From positions 682,001 to 746,000 of the forward strand of contig JAANOX010000205.1 in assembly GCA_020184695.1 (NCBI GenBank): a DNA stretch of 64,000 bases, written 5' to 3'. Both the position numbers and the translations under genes were made by a program. Under the pieces are notes generated by a model, which made no database searches, was not told where the DNA came from, and saw only the letters and a program-made list of their open reading frames with translations. Position 1 is the stretch's first letter, and every line of letters begins with the position of its first letter. This stretch comes from Histomonas meleagridis 2922-C6/04-290x (Eukaryota > Protista > Parabasalia). This document shows, in pieces, positions 22,501-32,225 of this stretch.

Positions 22501-25500
22501 ATGTAATTGAGCTAAAATCTTTGGTGTAGTTAATGCAGAAGATTTCTTTTGATATTTCTTCCATACACTTAAAGCATTTTCTCGATCATCTAATTTCAAA
22601 AAAATTTCAATAAGTTTTAAGATATTATTAATATTATTTGGATCTTTTTGTATTAATTCTGTTTGTAAATTTAATGCAAATGCATTAAAACCATAATTTA
22701 AACATGATGTAACTAAATCATTAATTGATATATCTAATGGATTTTCAACTTTATGCATGAATTCTAATAAATTAATAATTCGTGTTGATACTAATGAACT
22801 TTCTTTAGATAATAATAACTCATGAAATGATTGTGTAATTTGATATTTACATTTCTCACTCATTTTTAACCAACAACTTAAAAACGCCGGATTAAATAAT
22901 TCAACTGATAAAGGATAATATGAATTAGCCATTGTAGAACAAGCTCTAATACCATTAGAAGGTGAATCATTAATAATTTGTAATACAAATGATTGAAATC
23001 GTTGTTCTAAATTCCGACCAAATCCTAAATTTAATGATAAAATTTGATAAAAAATTGCGTTTTCACTAAAATGATAAGGGATTTCTACATTATTAACATT
23101 TAATGAAGAATCTTCTTCAAGATAATTATCAATGAATATACTACTAACTCTTCTTAATTTTCGAGGTCGTTTATATTGTTTATTATTATCTTTAAATTGT
23201 GTAATGATTGGAATAAATTCTTCATTTAATAATTGGTTTTGTATTAATTCATTTAATAAATCAAATGCTGAATTAGAAGTTTCTTCATCTTGTGAATTAA
23301 TACCTGTAATTAATGCTCGAATTATAGGTCCTAAATAATTACTTAAGTCTAATTTCGAAACTAAATACGCTAAAGTATTTAATGAAAATATTTTAACTTC
23401 TTTTAATGTTTGAATACATTCAATCGAATCACAAATTTGTGGTACTATTAAATATAATAAATCTGATGAATATAATGCAAATAAAGAAAATGCTGCTAAA
23501 ACTCTTTGAGATATTAATAAATTTGTAGTTTTACTATTATCTAAACAAACAACTAATGTACAAATAGTTTCAGAAGCATAAGGAGAAAATCCATCTCTAG
23601 TTGACTTTAAAAATGCTATAATTAAATTTAATAATTGGATATCTAATTCTGGTGTTGAATGTGTGAAAAGTTTTACAATTAATTTAACACTTCTTTCTAA
23701 AAATGGTAATGTATTATTCTTACTTTGCATTATTAATTTAGAATAAAATGGTAAATATTTTAACATTTCTTGATCATTTGAATTCTCTAAAACTGTTAAT
23801 AATCGATTAACAAATTGATCGAAATATGATAATGAATGCATTTTAGGATTCGATAATATAGTAACTAATGCTTGAATTGCATCATAATAATAATCTTTAA
23901 AATTATCATCAATAAATATCTTTAATAATGATGATGAAGCTACTGATATGAAATATTGATCAGTTTGTTGATTTTGTAAAAATAATGAATCATCAATAAT
24001 TACATCTGAATCACGTGAAGGATGAAAAAATTGTCTTGTTAATTTTTCATCTGTATATTTCGGTGCTTGACAACTTGTTTCTGGTATATTTAAATGGAAT
24101 TCTAATACACCTAATGCACCTATAACTTTCGAAATAGCTATTCGAGCTTTTCGTGAAGTAGTTTTAGTTAAAAATGTAGAAATAGTTGCTAATATTAAAG
24201 GTCCTTGAGCTCTATAATTAATATGTGAAGCAGGTGCACTTAATAATACTAAAAATAAATCTATAATACTTAATGTAATATTACGATTTTCTTCTACATT
24301 TAATATATTACATAAAATTGGTATAAATTCTAATGAATATTTAGATACTTCTCCTGGATCTAAAGGTGCTAATAATGAAAGACTTTTAATTAATATTGAT
24401 ATAAATGTAATATAAGAATTTGATTCCATGAAATTATCGAATTTTTGATTTTGATTATGATTTTTTATCGATTCCATAAATATATTCATGAAATTCTTAG
24501 AATATGCTTGAATTGATTTACCCATAGCTTCAATTAAATCAGGTAATATTCGAATAGCTCTAGTTCTTTGTCGAATACTTGGAACATTTTTTATGATAAA
24601 GAAAGAGTCTAATAAACTACTTCTTGTTAACGAGATTACAGCAATTGGATTAATTTTAGATAATATATTTAATATTTGGATTGCATCTTTACGTACAGTT
24701 ACTGCATCATCATTCACAAATTTGGTTAAATATTCGATATATTTTTGTTGTGCTAAAATCGATGTACATTTCTTTCGTAATACTATTAAAACCGATTTCC
24801 GAACAAACAATGAATGATCGAATAATGCATATTTAAATAAATATGTAATAACTTTATCAATCGTAATTTCTTCACATGAATCAATTAAATTATATAATGC
24901 CTTAGGTATCACTGATTTAATTTCTTCATCTTTCGAGACAAAAGATAAAGAAATTATTTGATCATATAATTCTTTATGTTTATTAAAGAATTGATTTGGT
25001 ATTTCTGCAATCATTTCTAATGAATATAATATTGATAATGAATTATTACTATTCATTAATTCAGTTAATATTATGTTTGTAAATTTCTCTTTAAATTCAT
25101 TTGTAATAATTGATTCTTTATATGAATTAGTAAATGATATAAAGAAATCACAAAATGATTTACCAATAGGGAAATCAAGTAACTTAAACATATACTCTTG
25201 ACTAATTTGAAGTTTATCTTTAAATGTATTCGAAATTATTGTTAATAACTTAAATAAACATTCCGGATTACCACTTAATAATAAAGGGATTTCTTTTTCA
25301 TTTGTTAATTTAGGTCCGATATGTTCAGGAACTGTTTTACATAATATCTTAAAGATTTGTAATGCTTCTTTCGGATAATTTGTCATTATACTTTTGGTTT
25401 GCTCAAATAAATCATCTAAAATGTTCTCAACAAATCGTTTCTTATCTATCATTGACATTAACGCTATTGTCTTATATGAAGCAACTTGTAAATCAATGGA

Positions 25501-26286
25501 CTTATTACCAACTTGTTCTGTGATCGATGTATACATTGGCTGCAAATTACGTAAAAAATAACTCGGATTACTTTTGATAAGTTGGTTAAATAATAACAAA
25601 GCCGCTAAATTCTTGTTAGAATCATCATAATCAAGTAATCGTGATGAAACATTCTTGAAATGCTTTAAGCAATTGTCAAGTTCACTTCGTTTATATCGCA
25701 TTAATGCTCGCGTATACATAAAAATGGCTTTGGAAGTAGCTTTAAGGACATCTTTGGATGGACATGAGACTAAATTCCATATAATGGATTCTAATACTGG
25801 TAGAAATCGTACAACATCATTTCCTGAATTGGTTGATAACGCTTTTAATAAATATGCTGCAGCAAGAGGACGGGCTCGACGACCTCGACCTTTGGTCCAG
25901 CCTATAAAACGATTAAATAAATGTGAAATGTATTGAGATTGTTCAGTTGTGGGATAATGTATAAGATTTTGAATACACCAGCTCGTAAATTTAACATATT
26001 CAAGGTTTATTTGTGGGATAAGACGATCAAAAAGATTTGCTAATAAATTAAACTTGTTATATCCAATTTGATGTAAAGAAAGAATTCCTATGGCAGCTCG
26101 TATGATATTTTCTGAATAAGCTTTCTTACTTAAATCAGAAACAAGAGTTAAATAGGACTCAATATACTTGTTTAAATTGGAATTACTCATACGAACTGTT
26201 TCAAGATAAAATTGATTATAGTAGGTTGAAAACGTCTTTTTGATCTCTTTACATGTTGAAGGTATCTCTAATGTTGCTAAGTTCAT
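19540..26286 (-). CDS. TOR: TOR-like PIKK protein kinase
   Basis: ~2250 aa: HEAT region, FAT, LLKGHEDLRLDERIMQ, GYVIGLGDRHPSNLL, HIDFGDCFE, PETVPFRLTRNMV, and FATC …MYSGWCPFW*. First ATG at 26286, with AAAGTGAC 19 nt upstream. Confidence 0.95.
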   Translation of the reverse strand: MNLATLEIPSTCKEIKKTFSTYYNQFYLETVRMSNSNLNKYIESYLTLVSDLSKKAYSENIIRAAIGILSLHQIGYNKFNLLANLFDRLIPQINLEYVKFTSWCIQNLIHYPTTEQSQYISHLFNRFIGWTKGRGRRARPLAAAYLLKALSTNSGNDVVRFLPVLESIIWNLVSCPSKDVLKATSKAIFMYTRALMRYKRSELDNCLKHFKNVSSRLLDYDDSNKNLAALLLFNQLIKSNPSYFLRNLQPMYTSITEQVGNKSIDLQVASYKTIALMSMIDKKRFVENILDDLFEQTKSIMTNYPKEALQIFKILCKTVPEHIGPKLTNEKEIPLLLSGNPECLFKLLTIISNTFKDKLQISQEYMFKLLDFPIGKSFCDFFISFTNSYKESIITNEFKEKFTNIILTELMNSNNSLSILYSLEMIAEIPNQFFNKHKELYDQIISLSFVSKDEEIKSVIPKALYNLIDSCEEITIDKVITYLFKYALFDHSLFVRKSVLIVLRKKCTSILAQQKYIEYLTKFVNDDAVTVRKDAIQILNILSKINPIAVISLTRSSLLDSFFIIKNVPSIRQRTRAIRILPDLIEAMGKSIQAYSKNFMNIFMESIKNHNQNQKFDNFMESNSYITFISILIKSLSLLAPLDPGEVSKYSLEFIPILCNILNVEENRNITLSIIDLFLVLLSAPASHINYRAQGPLILATISTFLTKTTSRKARIAISKVIGALGVLEFHLNIPETSCQAPKYTDEKLTRQFFHPSRDSDVIIDDSLFLQNQQTDQYFISVASSSLLKIFIDDNFKDYYYDAIQALVTILSNPKMHSLSYFDQFVNRLLTVLENSNDQEMLKYLPFYSKLIMQSKNNTLPFLERSVKLIVKLFTHSTPELDIQLLNLIIAFLKSTRDGFSPYASETICTLVVCLDNSKTTNLLISQRVLAAFSLFALYSSDLLYLIVPQICDSIECIQTLKEVKIFSLNTLAYLVSKLDLSNYLGPIIRALITGINSQDEETSNSAFDLLNELIQNQLLNEEFIPIITQFKDNNKQYKRPRKLRRVSSIFIDNYLEEDSSLNVNNVEIPYHFSENAIFYQILSLNLGFGRNLEQRFQSFVLQIINDSPSNGIRACSTMANSYYPLSVELFNPAFLSCWLKMSEKCKYQITQSFHELLLSKESSLVSTRIINLLEFMHKVENPLDISINDLVTSCLNYGFNAFALNLQTELIQKDPNNINNILKLIEIFLKLDDRENALSVWKKYQKKSSALTTPKILAQLHIWDEVEPMYEIAFKKTNHSLPSFLGLVESLSAMSNWSQIQNLFPYFNNLELSNKRILSRYFAEASLHLGNWDLMKEVLKFAPDDCIRCNILSALSALHEKDFENVDNFLTKGFSLIASKPLIFWGENQIQKQTMLYCQELIEINEMKLWIQNIHPHEIEHVWSKRLKTAPRDFDLWFGIIANRASLTPIQDDHLIKFFQLKSSILGTKTHYNALNILFPHFNFKTAPNLHKVCFAVAHWTVGDKQSAIQEIEQLTQIVTEPSLLMKCHYLYASWILETNDTYEGIISAYNHLKDIVKRDHEIKHNNITTKGNYYLPMQIFSELTMDTDYVQTLRKWSDINVTLINLDKDNLVTYVTNAIDALTKCTSISPSFSDLVQLLNLFFDHANQPQIFNSTAHNCIEKLHPSLLLQASPQLLVQLSHPTLEVSNFVHDIIYKLLIEHYHKLIFSLFVLKKSNNEVRSKAALKLLEEFNNENPEVYSEVVLIRKSLLLATVTWNEKILQLLDDTFMYHIHGDNKKMKEVLLQIIKITQKPKCQMHYHFKSLYSQYLTQIENNINYISYKSTYSKNIMNWCQAFKQSLENDLDNIKMIEMSAISSELAEKTNFHVAVPGTYIPGRKPITIEYFVGKFTVYNSKQAPKDVIIKGNDGNFYQYLLKGHEDLRLDERIMQFFGSVNSFILKETCFNGNIIQTTSVIPLSNAHGLVQWIPGTETLRNIFETVRNLHKIEPLIEYTLAEKYSHGIYDNLMPIQKMQILEKIFYEIPDNVISNFFWLKSPDSKTWLKQINTFSITSAMTSILGYVIGLGDRHPSNLLINSITGKVIHIDFGDCFEKAANRKRFPETVPFRLTRNMVKALGPGGVDGIFRSSFINMSNILRDNYRVLVMILAIFVQEPLVDSDDCVEDNMANDYKMISLHDSESYLGDIACESSVLSSVEMTRRVKAKLTGTDFGTKDKPFSVEEQADKLISMATDTYLLSKMYSGWCPFW

Positions 26287-26305
26287 GAAATTATATCTTG
26301 TATTT

Positions 26306-26313
26306 GTCACTTT
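26306..26313 (-). promoter_or_regulatory. AAAGTGAC (M2-like) element upstream of TOR
   Basis: The same octamer lies just upstream of the SFT2 (46429-46436) and RRM (47398-47405) start codons. Confidence 0.55.
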
Positions 26314-27319
26314 TGATTTAATACATTCAATATGAATCTGCCAAGAACGATGAAAGTTGGGTGAAGTCACTTTTCCGTTTGGAGATATGGCAAAAACTAG
26401 TTTTCCAACCAAATGTAACAGTTCCTTATTTTGAAACTAAAATATTCATTTGAATTAACATTGAAATGATCGATTTTTGGTAGAGAGTAAACCATATATC
26501 ACATGTCTTTCAGTGAATTCATTCGTCTATTTTTTGGATATTTTTATTTTATGATTTCAAATATTTATTTTTTACAAAAAGTTATTGTATACAAAAAGTT
26601 AACACCAAACCGCATTGTTTTATGCAACAACCTTTTGTCCATTTTTGTTGATATAGCATAATTGTTGAATGCAAAATTTATTCAACATATGCTTCTAAAT
26701 CGAAGTTGCTGATGCAATAATTATTATTGTAATAATTGTAATTGTTATTATCAATAGGGAAAAAGTTATAGAATCAGATTGTATTATTGAAAATGAAATA
26801 ATGAGTACTGATTCTTCTTCATTTCCAAAATCTGGAAATGAATAAATGAAGAAAGAAGACATATTAATTTAACATATCACAAAATGTTTATATTTAATAA
26901 ATAATTTATTCTTATGATATCATATATGTAAAGTTTTATTTCATAAGAGTGTGATTAAAATAATCGGAATTAATTATGGATGAATTTTTTTACGTAGTGC
27001 GTGTTGTCGATTGATAAACGGTCGCTAAAGACGTTATTTCGTCTTTATTATAGGTTCTTCCTTTTAAAATACTTCAGAAATATAATCATAATACTTTAAA
27101 ACTTTAATTATCTCATTTTCTTACATTCAAAGCGATTATGTTTAATGGACAAATAAATAGTTTGGGAGAATCAGATGATCATCCCGCTGTTGGATGCTCC
27201 ACCTGCTAATATAACTCTTATCAAATGAATAAAAAAAAAAAAAAATAACTACCACATAATTACGTATTGGAATAATTAAAAAAAAGTTGCTGAAAATAAA
27301 TATCTAATATTATTTTATT

Positions 27320-29525
27320 TTAAAATTGAGTGCATACATTTTGAGGGGGAATTTTGGCTTTAATTAGGGGACAAATTTCACTATTTTTCTTCGATGCATA
27401 AGAAATTGCTGTTTCAAATAGATTAAACAATTTCGAAATGTTTTTTTGAAAGAAAATATCATGTAAATCAATATCAAACAAAATGTATTAACATTTTTAG
27501 CAGTTACATCAATTCCATTTTGTTCAAGTAGTATTTTAATTATTTCTATATTACCATTTTGAACTGCAAATATAAGTGCTGTATTAAAAAAATTGAAAAA
27601 TTTCCGAATAATACTAAATATAAAATTATTATAATAAATTTTAAACAAAATATATAAATAGTTTTAACATTAACATCAATTCCTTCTTGTTCAAGAAGTA
27701 ATTTAACTATTTCTATTGAACCTTTATAACATGCATGCATAAGCGCCGTCGAAAATGGAATAAATGAATATTTTGAAATATTTTAAAAAGCGAAATTATT
27801 AAAATAAATATTAAACAAACTAAATAAATTGTAGTAGCATTAATATCAATTCCTTCATGTTCAAGAAGTAATTTTACTGTTTCTGTTTTACCTTTTCTAG
27901 TTGCCCACATAAGTGTTGTATAAAATAATTTAAATAATTTCCAAATATTATTTTGATATATTAAATGATAGATGTAAATATAAAATAAAAAATATAAATA
28001 TCTTTATCATTAATATCAATACTTTCATGTTCAAGAAGTAATTTAACTATTTCTGTGTGACCTTCTGAAGATGCCCAAGTAAGTGCTGTTTTAAATAATC
28101 TAAATAATTTCCAAATATTATTTTAAAATAAGAAATAATTAAAATGAATTTTAAATAAAACAAATAAATATCTTTAGCATTATAATCAATTCCTTCTTGT
28201 TCAAGAAGTAATTGAACTATTTCTGTATGACCTTTTTCAGATGCTGAAATAAGTGCTGTTCGAAATGATTCAAATAATTTCCAAATATTATTTTGAAACA
28301 TAAAATTATTAAAATAAATAATAAATAAAACAAATAAATATTTTTTGCATTAACATCAATTCCTTTTTGTTCAAGAAGTAAATTAATTATTTCTGTACGA
28401 CCATTTAAAGATGCATAAATAAGTGCTGTATTAAATAATTTGAATAATTTCCAAATATTATTTTAAAATAAGAAATAATTAAAATGAATTTTAAATAAAA
28501 CAAATAAATGTCTTTAGCATTAATATCAATTCCTTCTTGTTCAAGAAGTAATTTGGCTATTTCTGTATGACCTTTCCAAGATGCCCAAATAAGTGCTGTA
28601 TTAAATAATTTAAATAATTTCCAAATATTATTTTGAAATATCAAATTATTAAAATAAAATTTAAATAAAACAAATAAATATTTTTAGCATTAATATCAAT
28701 TCCTTCTTGTTCAAGAAGTAATTTGGCTATTTCTGTATAACCATTAATAGATGCTACAATAAGTGCTGTATTAAAAAGTTTGAACAAATTCCAGACATTA
28801 TTTTTGAAATACTAGAAAATGATAAAAATAACTTTAAAAAGTAAACAAATATTTTTAGCATTAATATCAATTTTTTTCTCTTGAATAAGGGATTTTGCAA
28901 TTTCTGTAAAACGCTTTTCACATGCAAAGATAAGTGCTGCTATAAATTTTCGGCACAAATACGAATAGTTTTATTCAAACAAAAAACGTATTAAATGAAT
29001 ATCAAGTTAAGAAAACAAATATTTTCTTTATAGATATTAATTCCTTCTTGCTGAATAAGAATTTTAAGAATTTCCATGTGATTATTTCGAGATGCATATA
29101 AAAGTGCTGTTAAAAATTTTTTGAATAATTTCCAATAGTTATTTTTATATATAAAATTAATGATATAAATATCGAATTATATGAATTGGCATTTTTAGCA
29201 TTAAAATTAATTCCGTCTAGTTCAAGAAAGAATTTAACAATTTCTATGTAACCATTTTCAGCAGCTAACATGAAGGCAGTTCTAAATAAGTAAAATAATT
29301 TCCAAATTTTATATTAAAACAGTAAATTATCATAAAAAATACAAAATAATACAAAAAAAATAGTTTTAGCATTGAGATCAATTCCATTTTGTTCAACCAG
29401 AAACTTAATAATTTCGAGATTTCTAATTCTAGTTGCTAATAAAATTGCTGTTTCACACAATTTCAAAAAATTCCAAATATTGATTTGAAACATTAAATTA
29501 ATCATATCAATTTCAAATAAAATAA
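27320..29525 (-). repeat. Ankyrin cassette array D: 13 cassettes
   Basis: Cassette starts at 29451, 29280, 29110, 28940, 28769, 28599, 28429, 28259, 28089, 27919, 27749, 27582 and 27412. The terminal cassette ends …KAKIPPQNVCTQF* (27320-27322). Confidence 0.9.
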
Positions 29526-30782
29526 TTAAATATTTTTACCATTTATGTCAATTCCTTTTTGTTTAACAACATATTCAACAAGCTCAATATTTTCTGATTG
29601 TGAAGCATAAGCTAATATATTTTTTGGAATTTGATTTTTTTGCGACAAATACTTAACAATATATATGTTTCCAATTTTTGCCACCCGATTAACTAAATAA
29701 GAATTATACTTCACTTTATCTTCCTCCAAAAAAGAAAGAATTTCATAATTCCCACATTCAACACAGAAACATCTAATTTCATTAATATTAAAAAGTATAT
29801 TACCAGTTTGTTGATCATGTAAAGTTTCATTTTGATCATTATCAATTAATTTTTTAATATTATTTTCGTAGAAAAACTTAAAGATATCGTTTCGATGAAA
29901 TTCAATTGCTGTTTCATATGCTTTATCAAATGATGAATGATTTTGTTCACATAAATGAATAATTTCTTCATTTCCACCTGCAACTGCATATTTACCTGTG
30001 TTTTCTAATTTTGCTCCATTCATAAGTAAATATTTAAAACATTTAATTGAAGAAAAAAATGCTGCATAATCAATTAGTGTGACATTTGGTTTGTTAATAA
30101 ATGAACATCTTTCATAAAGTGATGGTTTAATTCTTTGATCATAATTAAAATTACTTTGTGATGATATTTCTTGAAGTTTTTCGATTTCATCTTTTCGAAT
30201 TATTTTTGCAATTTCACTTGGATTATGCCCTTCTTCAATATATTTCTTATGAAGTTCAAAATCATTCTTTGAAAGTGTAGATACAAAATGAGAACGATAT
30301 GCTTTAGGGAGTTTATAACAAATATCTTTGTTTTCTTTATCCGTTCTGGTATTATTTGTATCGATTAATTTTTCTTCAATAAATTTCTCGATTATGTAAT
30401 ATGATTCTTCAGATTCAATGTTTGATAAATATTTGACAAAAACTTCAATTAATTTTGTATTAATTTTCATTTCTTTTTCTTTCGCTTGAATTGATTTTAT
30501 ATATTTTATATATATATAAATATCACTTGAATTAGGCTGTGAACAAAAACCATAATAAATTAAATGACTTATAATAAGGTTATACGAATAAGGATGTCTG
30601 TGATCAAATAATTTCATAGTTTGATGCAATGAAAAATCAAAATTTTCTTCAGTTAATTCAACAATATTTTGCTCGAGTGTTATAAATAATTCTAAGTTGG
30701 TACTTAGATTGTCTGTTGCTTCAATACCACTTTTTATAGAATTTGATACTGAAATTTCAAGGCTATTATTTTTGGGCTTCAT
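29526..30782 (-). CDS. DUF3447-type ankyrin protein, leader of locus D
   Basis: DUF3447 motif; ends …VVKQKGIDINGKNI* exactly at the first spacer. Confidence 0.85.
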   Translation of the reverse strand: MKPKNNSLEISVSNSIKSGIEATDNLSTNLELFITLEQNIVELTEENFDFSLHQTMKLFDHRHPYSYNLIISHLIYYGFCSQPNSSDIYIYIKYIKSIQAKEKEMKINTKLIEVFVKYLSNIESEESYYIIEKFIEEKLIDTNNTRTDKENKDICYKLPKAYRSHFVSTLSKNDFELHKKYIEEGHNPSEIAKIIRKDEIEKLQEISSQSNFNYDQRIKPSLYERCSFINKPNVTLIDYAAFFSSIKCFKYLLMNGAKLENTGKYAVAGGNEEIIHLCEQNHSSFDKAYETAIEFHRNDIFKFFYENNIKKLIDNDQNETLHDQQTGNILFNINEIRCFCVECGNYEILSFLEEDKVKYNSYLVNRVAKIGNIYIVKYLSQKNQIPKNILAYASQSENIELVEYVVKQKGIDINGKNI

Positions 30783-31199
30783 CAAAATATACAAAAAGGT
30801 GTTTTCACTGCTATTTTATACTGTCAACTAATCTACTTTAGGTTAGTTAACTAACCTACTGACCATTTATAAATGAAGTTAAGGTACATTAGCCAATTGG
30901 TGTGTATCATCAGTACTTATTGTTATAATTATCACCAATTTTTTTAAATCGAAAATATTATTATTGGTGGAATTAATCCTAAATCGAAAAATATTAATGA
31001 ATATAAAATTTATTACAGTAATAATTATATTTATGATTTTAAAAAATCATAATTTATTTTATATTAAAAAAAAAAAAAAAAAAAAAATTAATAATTGTTA
31101 TAATTACAATTAATCTAAAATGAAATATACAACAAAAGCTTTTAGGGTATAGTAATACCATTTTTAAAAAACGTACAATATGGAACTGTTATTCAATAC

Positions 31200-31635
31200 T
31201 ATTCGTTGAAATTGATAGTCCTATAAAAATATTATTAGAAGCTATGTATTTAATTGTTGTATTTCACTAGCAAGCATTAATAATATCCCATCTTCTGTTA
31301 CATCAACTGAAATATATGCATTTAAGGGTTGTTCTTCATTACCAAATATTACACTCCCATCTTCAATTACATCAACCAGTGAAAGTGTATTTCAAACCTG
31401 TACTCCTTTGACTAGCTTTACAATTCCATGTTTAGTTACATTAATTGGAATAGATGCATTTCAAGGATGTTCTGCATTGGTAAATATTGAACTTCCATCT
31501 TCAGTTATAACAATTTCTAAGAGAGCATTTTTTAAAAATAGTTGTTCTTCAATAACATATATAATAATTCCACTGTTGTTCAACAACGAAATTGATATAA
31601 ATTTTGTATTGTGTAGAGAAATATTGAAAAATTGA
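31200..31635 (+). pseudogene. BspA-like LRR gene remnant
   Basis: IPSSVTSTEIYAFKGCSSLPNITLPSSITS…LIGIDAFQGCSALVNIELPSSVITISKRAF; no ATG or complete frame. Confidence 0.65.
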
Positions 31636-31653
31636 TATTACTTAAATATTTAT

Positions 31654-32097
31654 TTATTTTCCTTGGCCATAAGCAGTAAGTACAATTGTTCGATTTCCAG
31701 CTTTACTTCGATGTTCATTGAAGTAAATTCCTTGCCATGTTCCAAGAGCAAGAGATCCATTCTTAATAGGAATATCATGTGAAACTCCAATAAGTGACGA
31801 TTTTACATGAGATGGCATTGAATCTGGGCCATCTTTTGAATGAGTCCATTGATTCCCTTCAGGCGCCATTTTATTTAACCAAGCCTCAATATCGGATCTA
31901 ACATCACTACAACAGTTTTCATTTATTGTAAGAGAAGCATCTGTGTGCTTAAGGAAAATATTTAAAGATCCTGTTTTGAATTTCTTTATTTCGGGAAATG
32001 AATTTAACACATCTCTTGTTATTAAATGGCATCCGCGTGGTCGTTGAATGTTCATTATTTTTTGGACAACAAGGAAACCTCCACCTGACGATTCCAT
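31654..32097 (-). CDS. YjbQ/UPF0047 family protein
   Basis: RGCHLIT…FLKHTDASLTINENCCSDVRSD…HVKSSLIG…GSLALGTWQGIYFNEHR is the YjbQ signature. Confidence 0.92.
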   Translation of the reverse strand: MESSGGGFLVVQKIMNIQRPRGCHLITRDVLNSFPEIKKFKTGSLNIFLKHTDASLTINENCCSDVRSDIEAWLNKMAPEGNQWTHSKDGPDSMPSHVKSSLIGVSHDIPIKNGSLALGTWQGIYFNEHRSKAGNRTIVLTAYGQGK

Positions 32098-32225
32098 TTT
32101 TTTAACGGATTTTCTTCGAGCCCGATAAAAAACAATTCAATTAATTGAACCGAAACAGACCATGTCAAATCTCAAATCTCAAAAAAACAAATAATTTTTG
32201 CGTGTTTAGTTCAAACATTAGGAAG

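Noticed and set aside
19454-25936. Antisense and overlapping ORFs within TOR and other long genes
   Set aside because: Shadow frames of long coding sequences with no motifs.
26287-26412. TTG/GTG-initiated N-terminal extensions from the ORF track (TOR, RPL32, RPS5, RPL27, ZIP, hydrolase, acyltransferase)
   Set aside because: Homology and promoter motifs place the starts at downstream ATGs.
27320-29525. AT-AC (U12-type) intron interpretation
   Set aside because: The AC is the Thr codon start, no 5' AT is in the matching phase, and there is no ATATCC or TCCTTAAC motif.
31066-31087. A22 run as a retroposon tail
   Set aside because: No target-site duplication or recognisable upstream element; such runs are plausible in AT-rich DNA.
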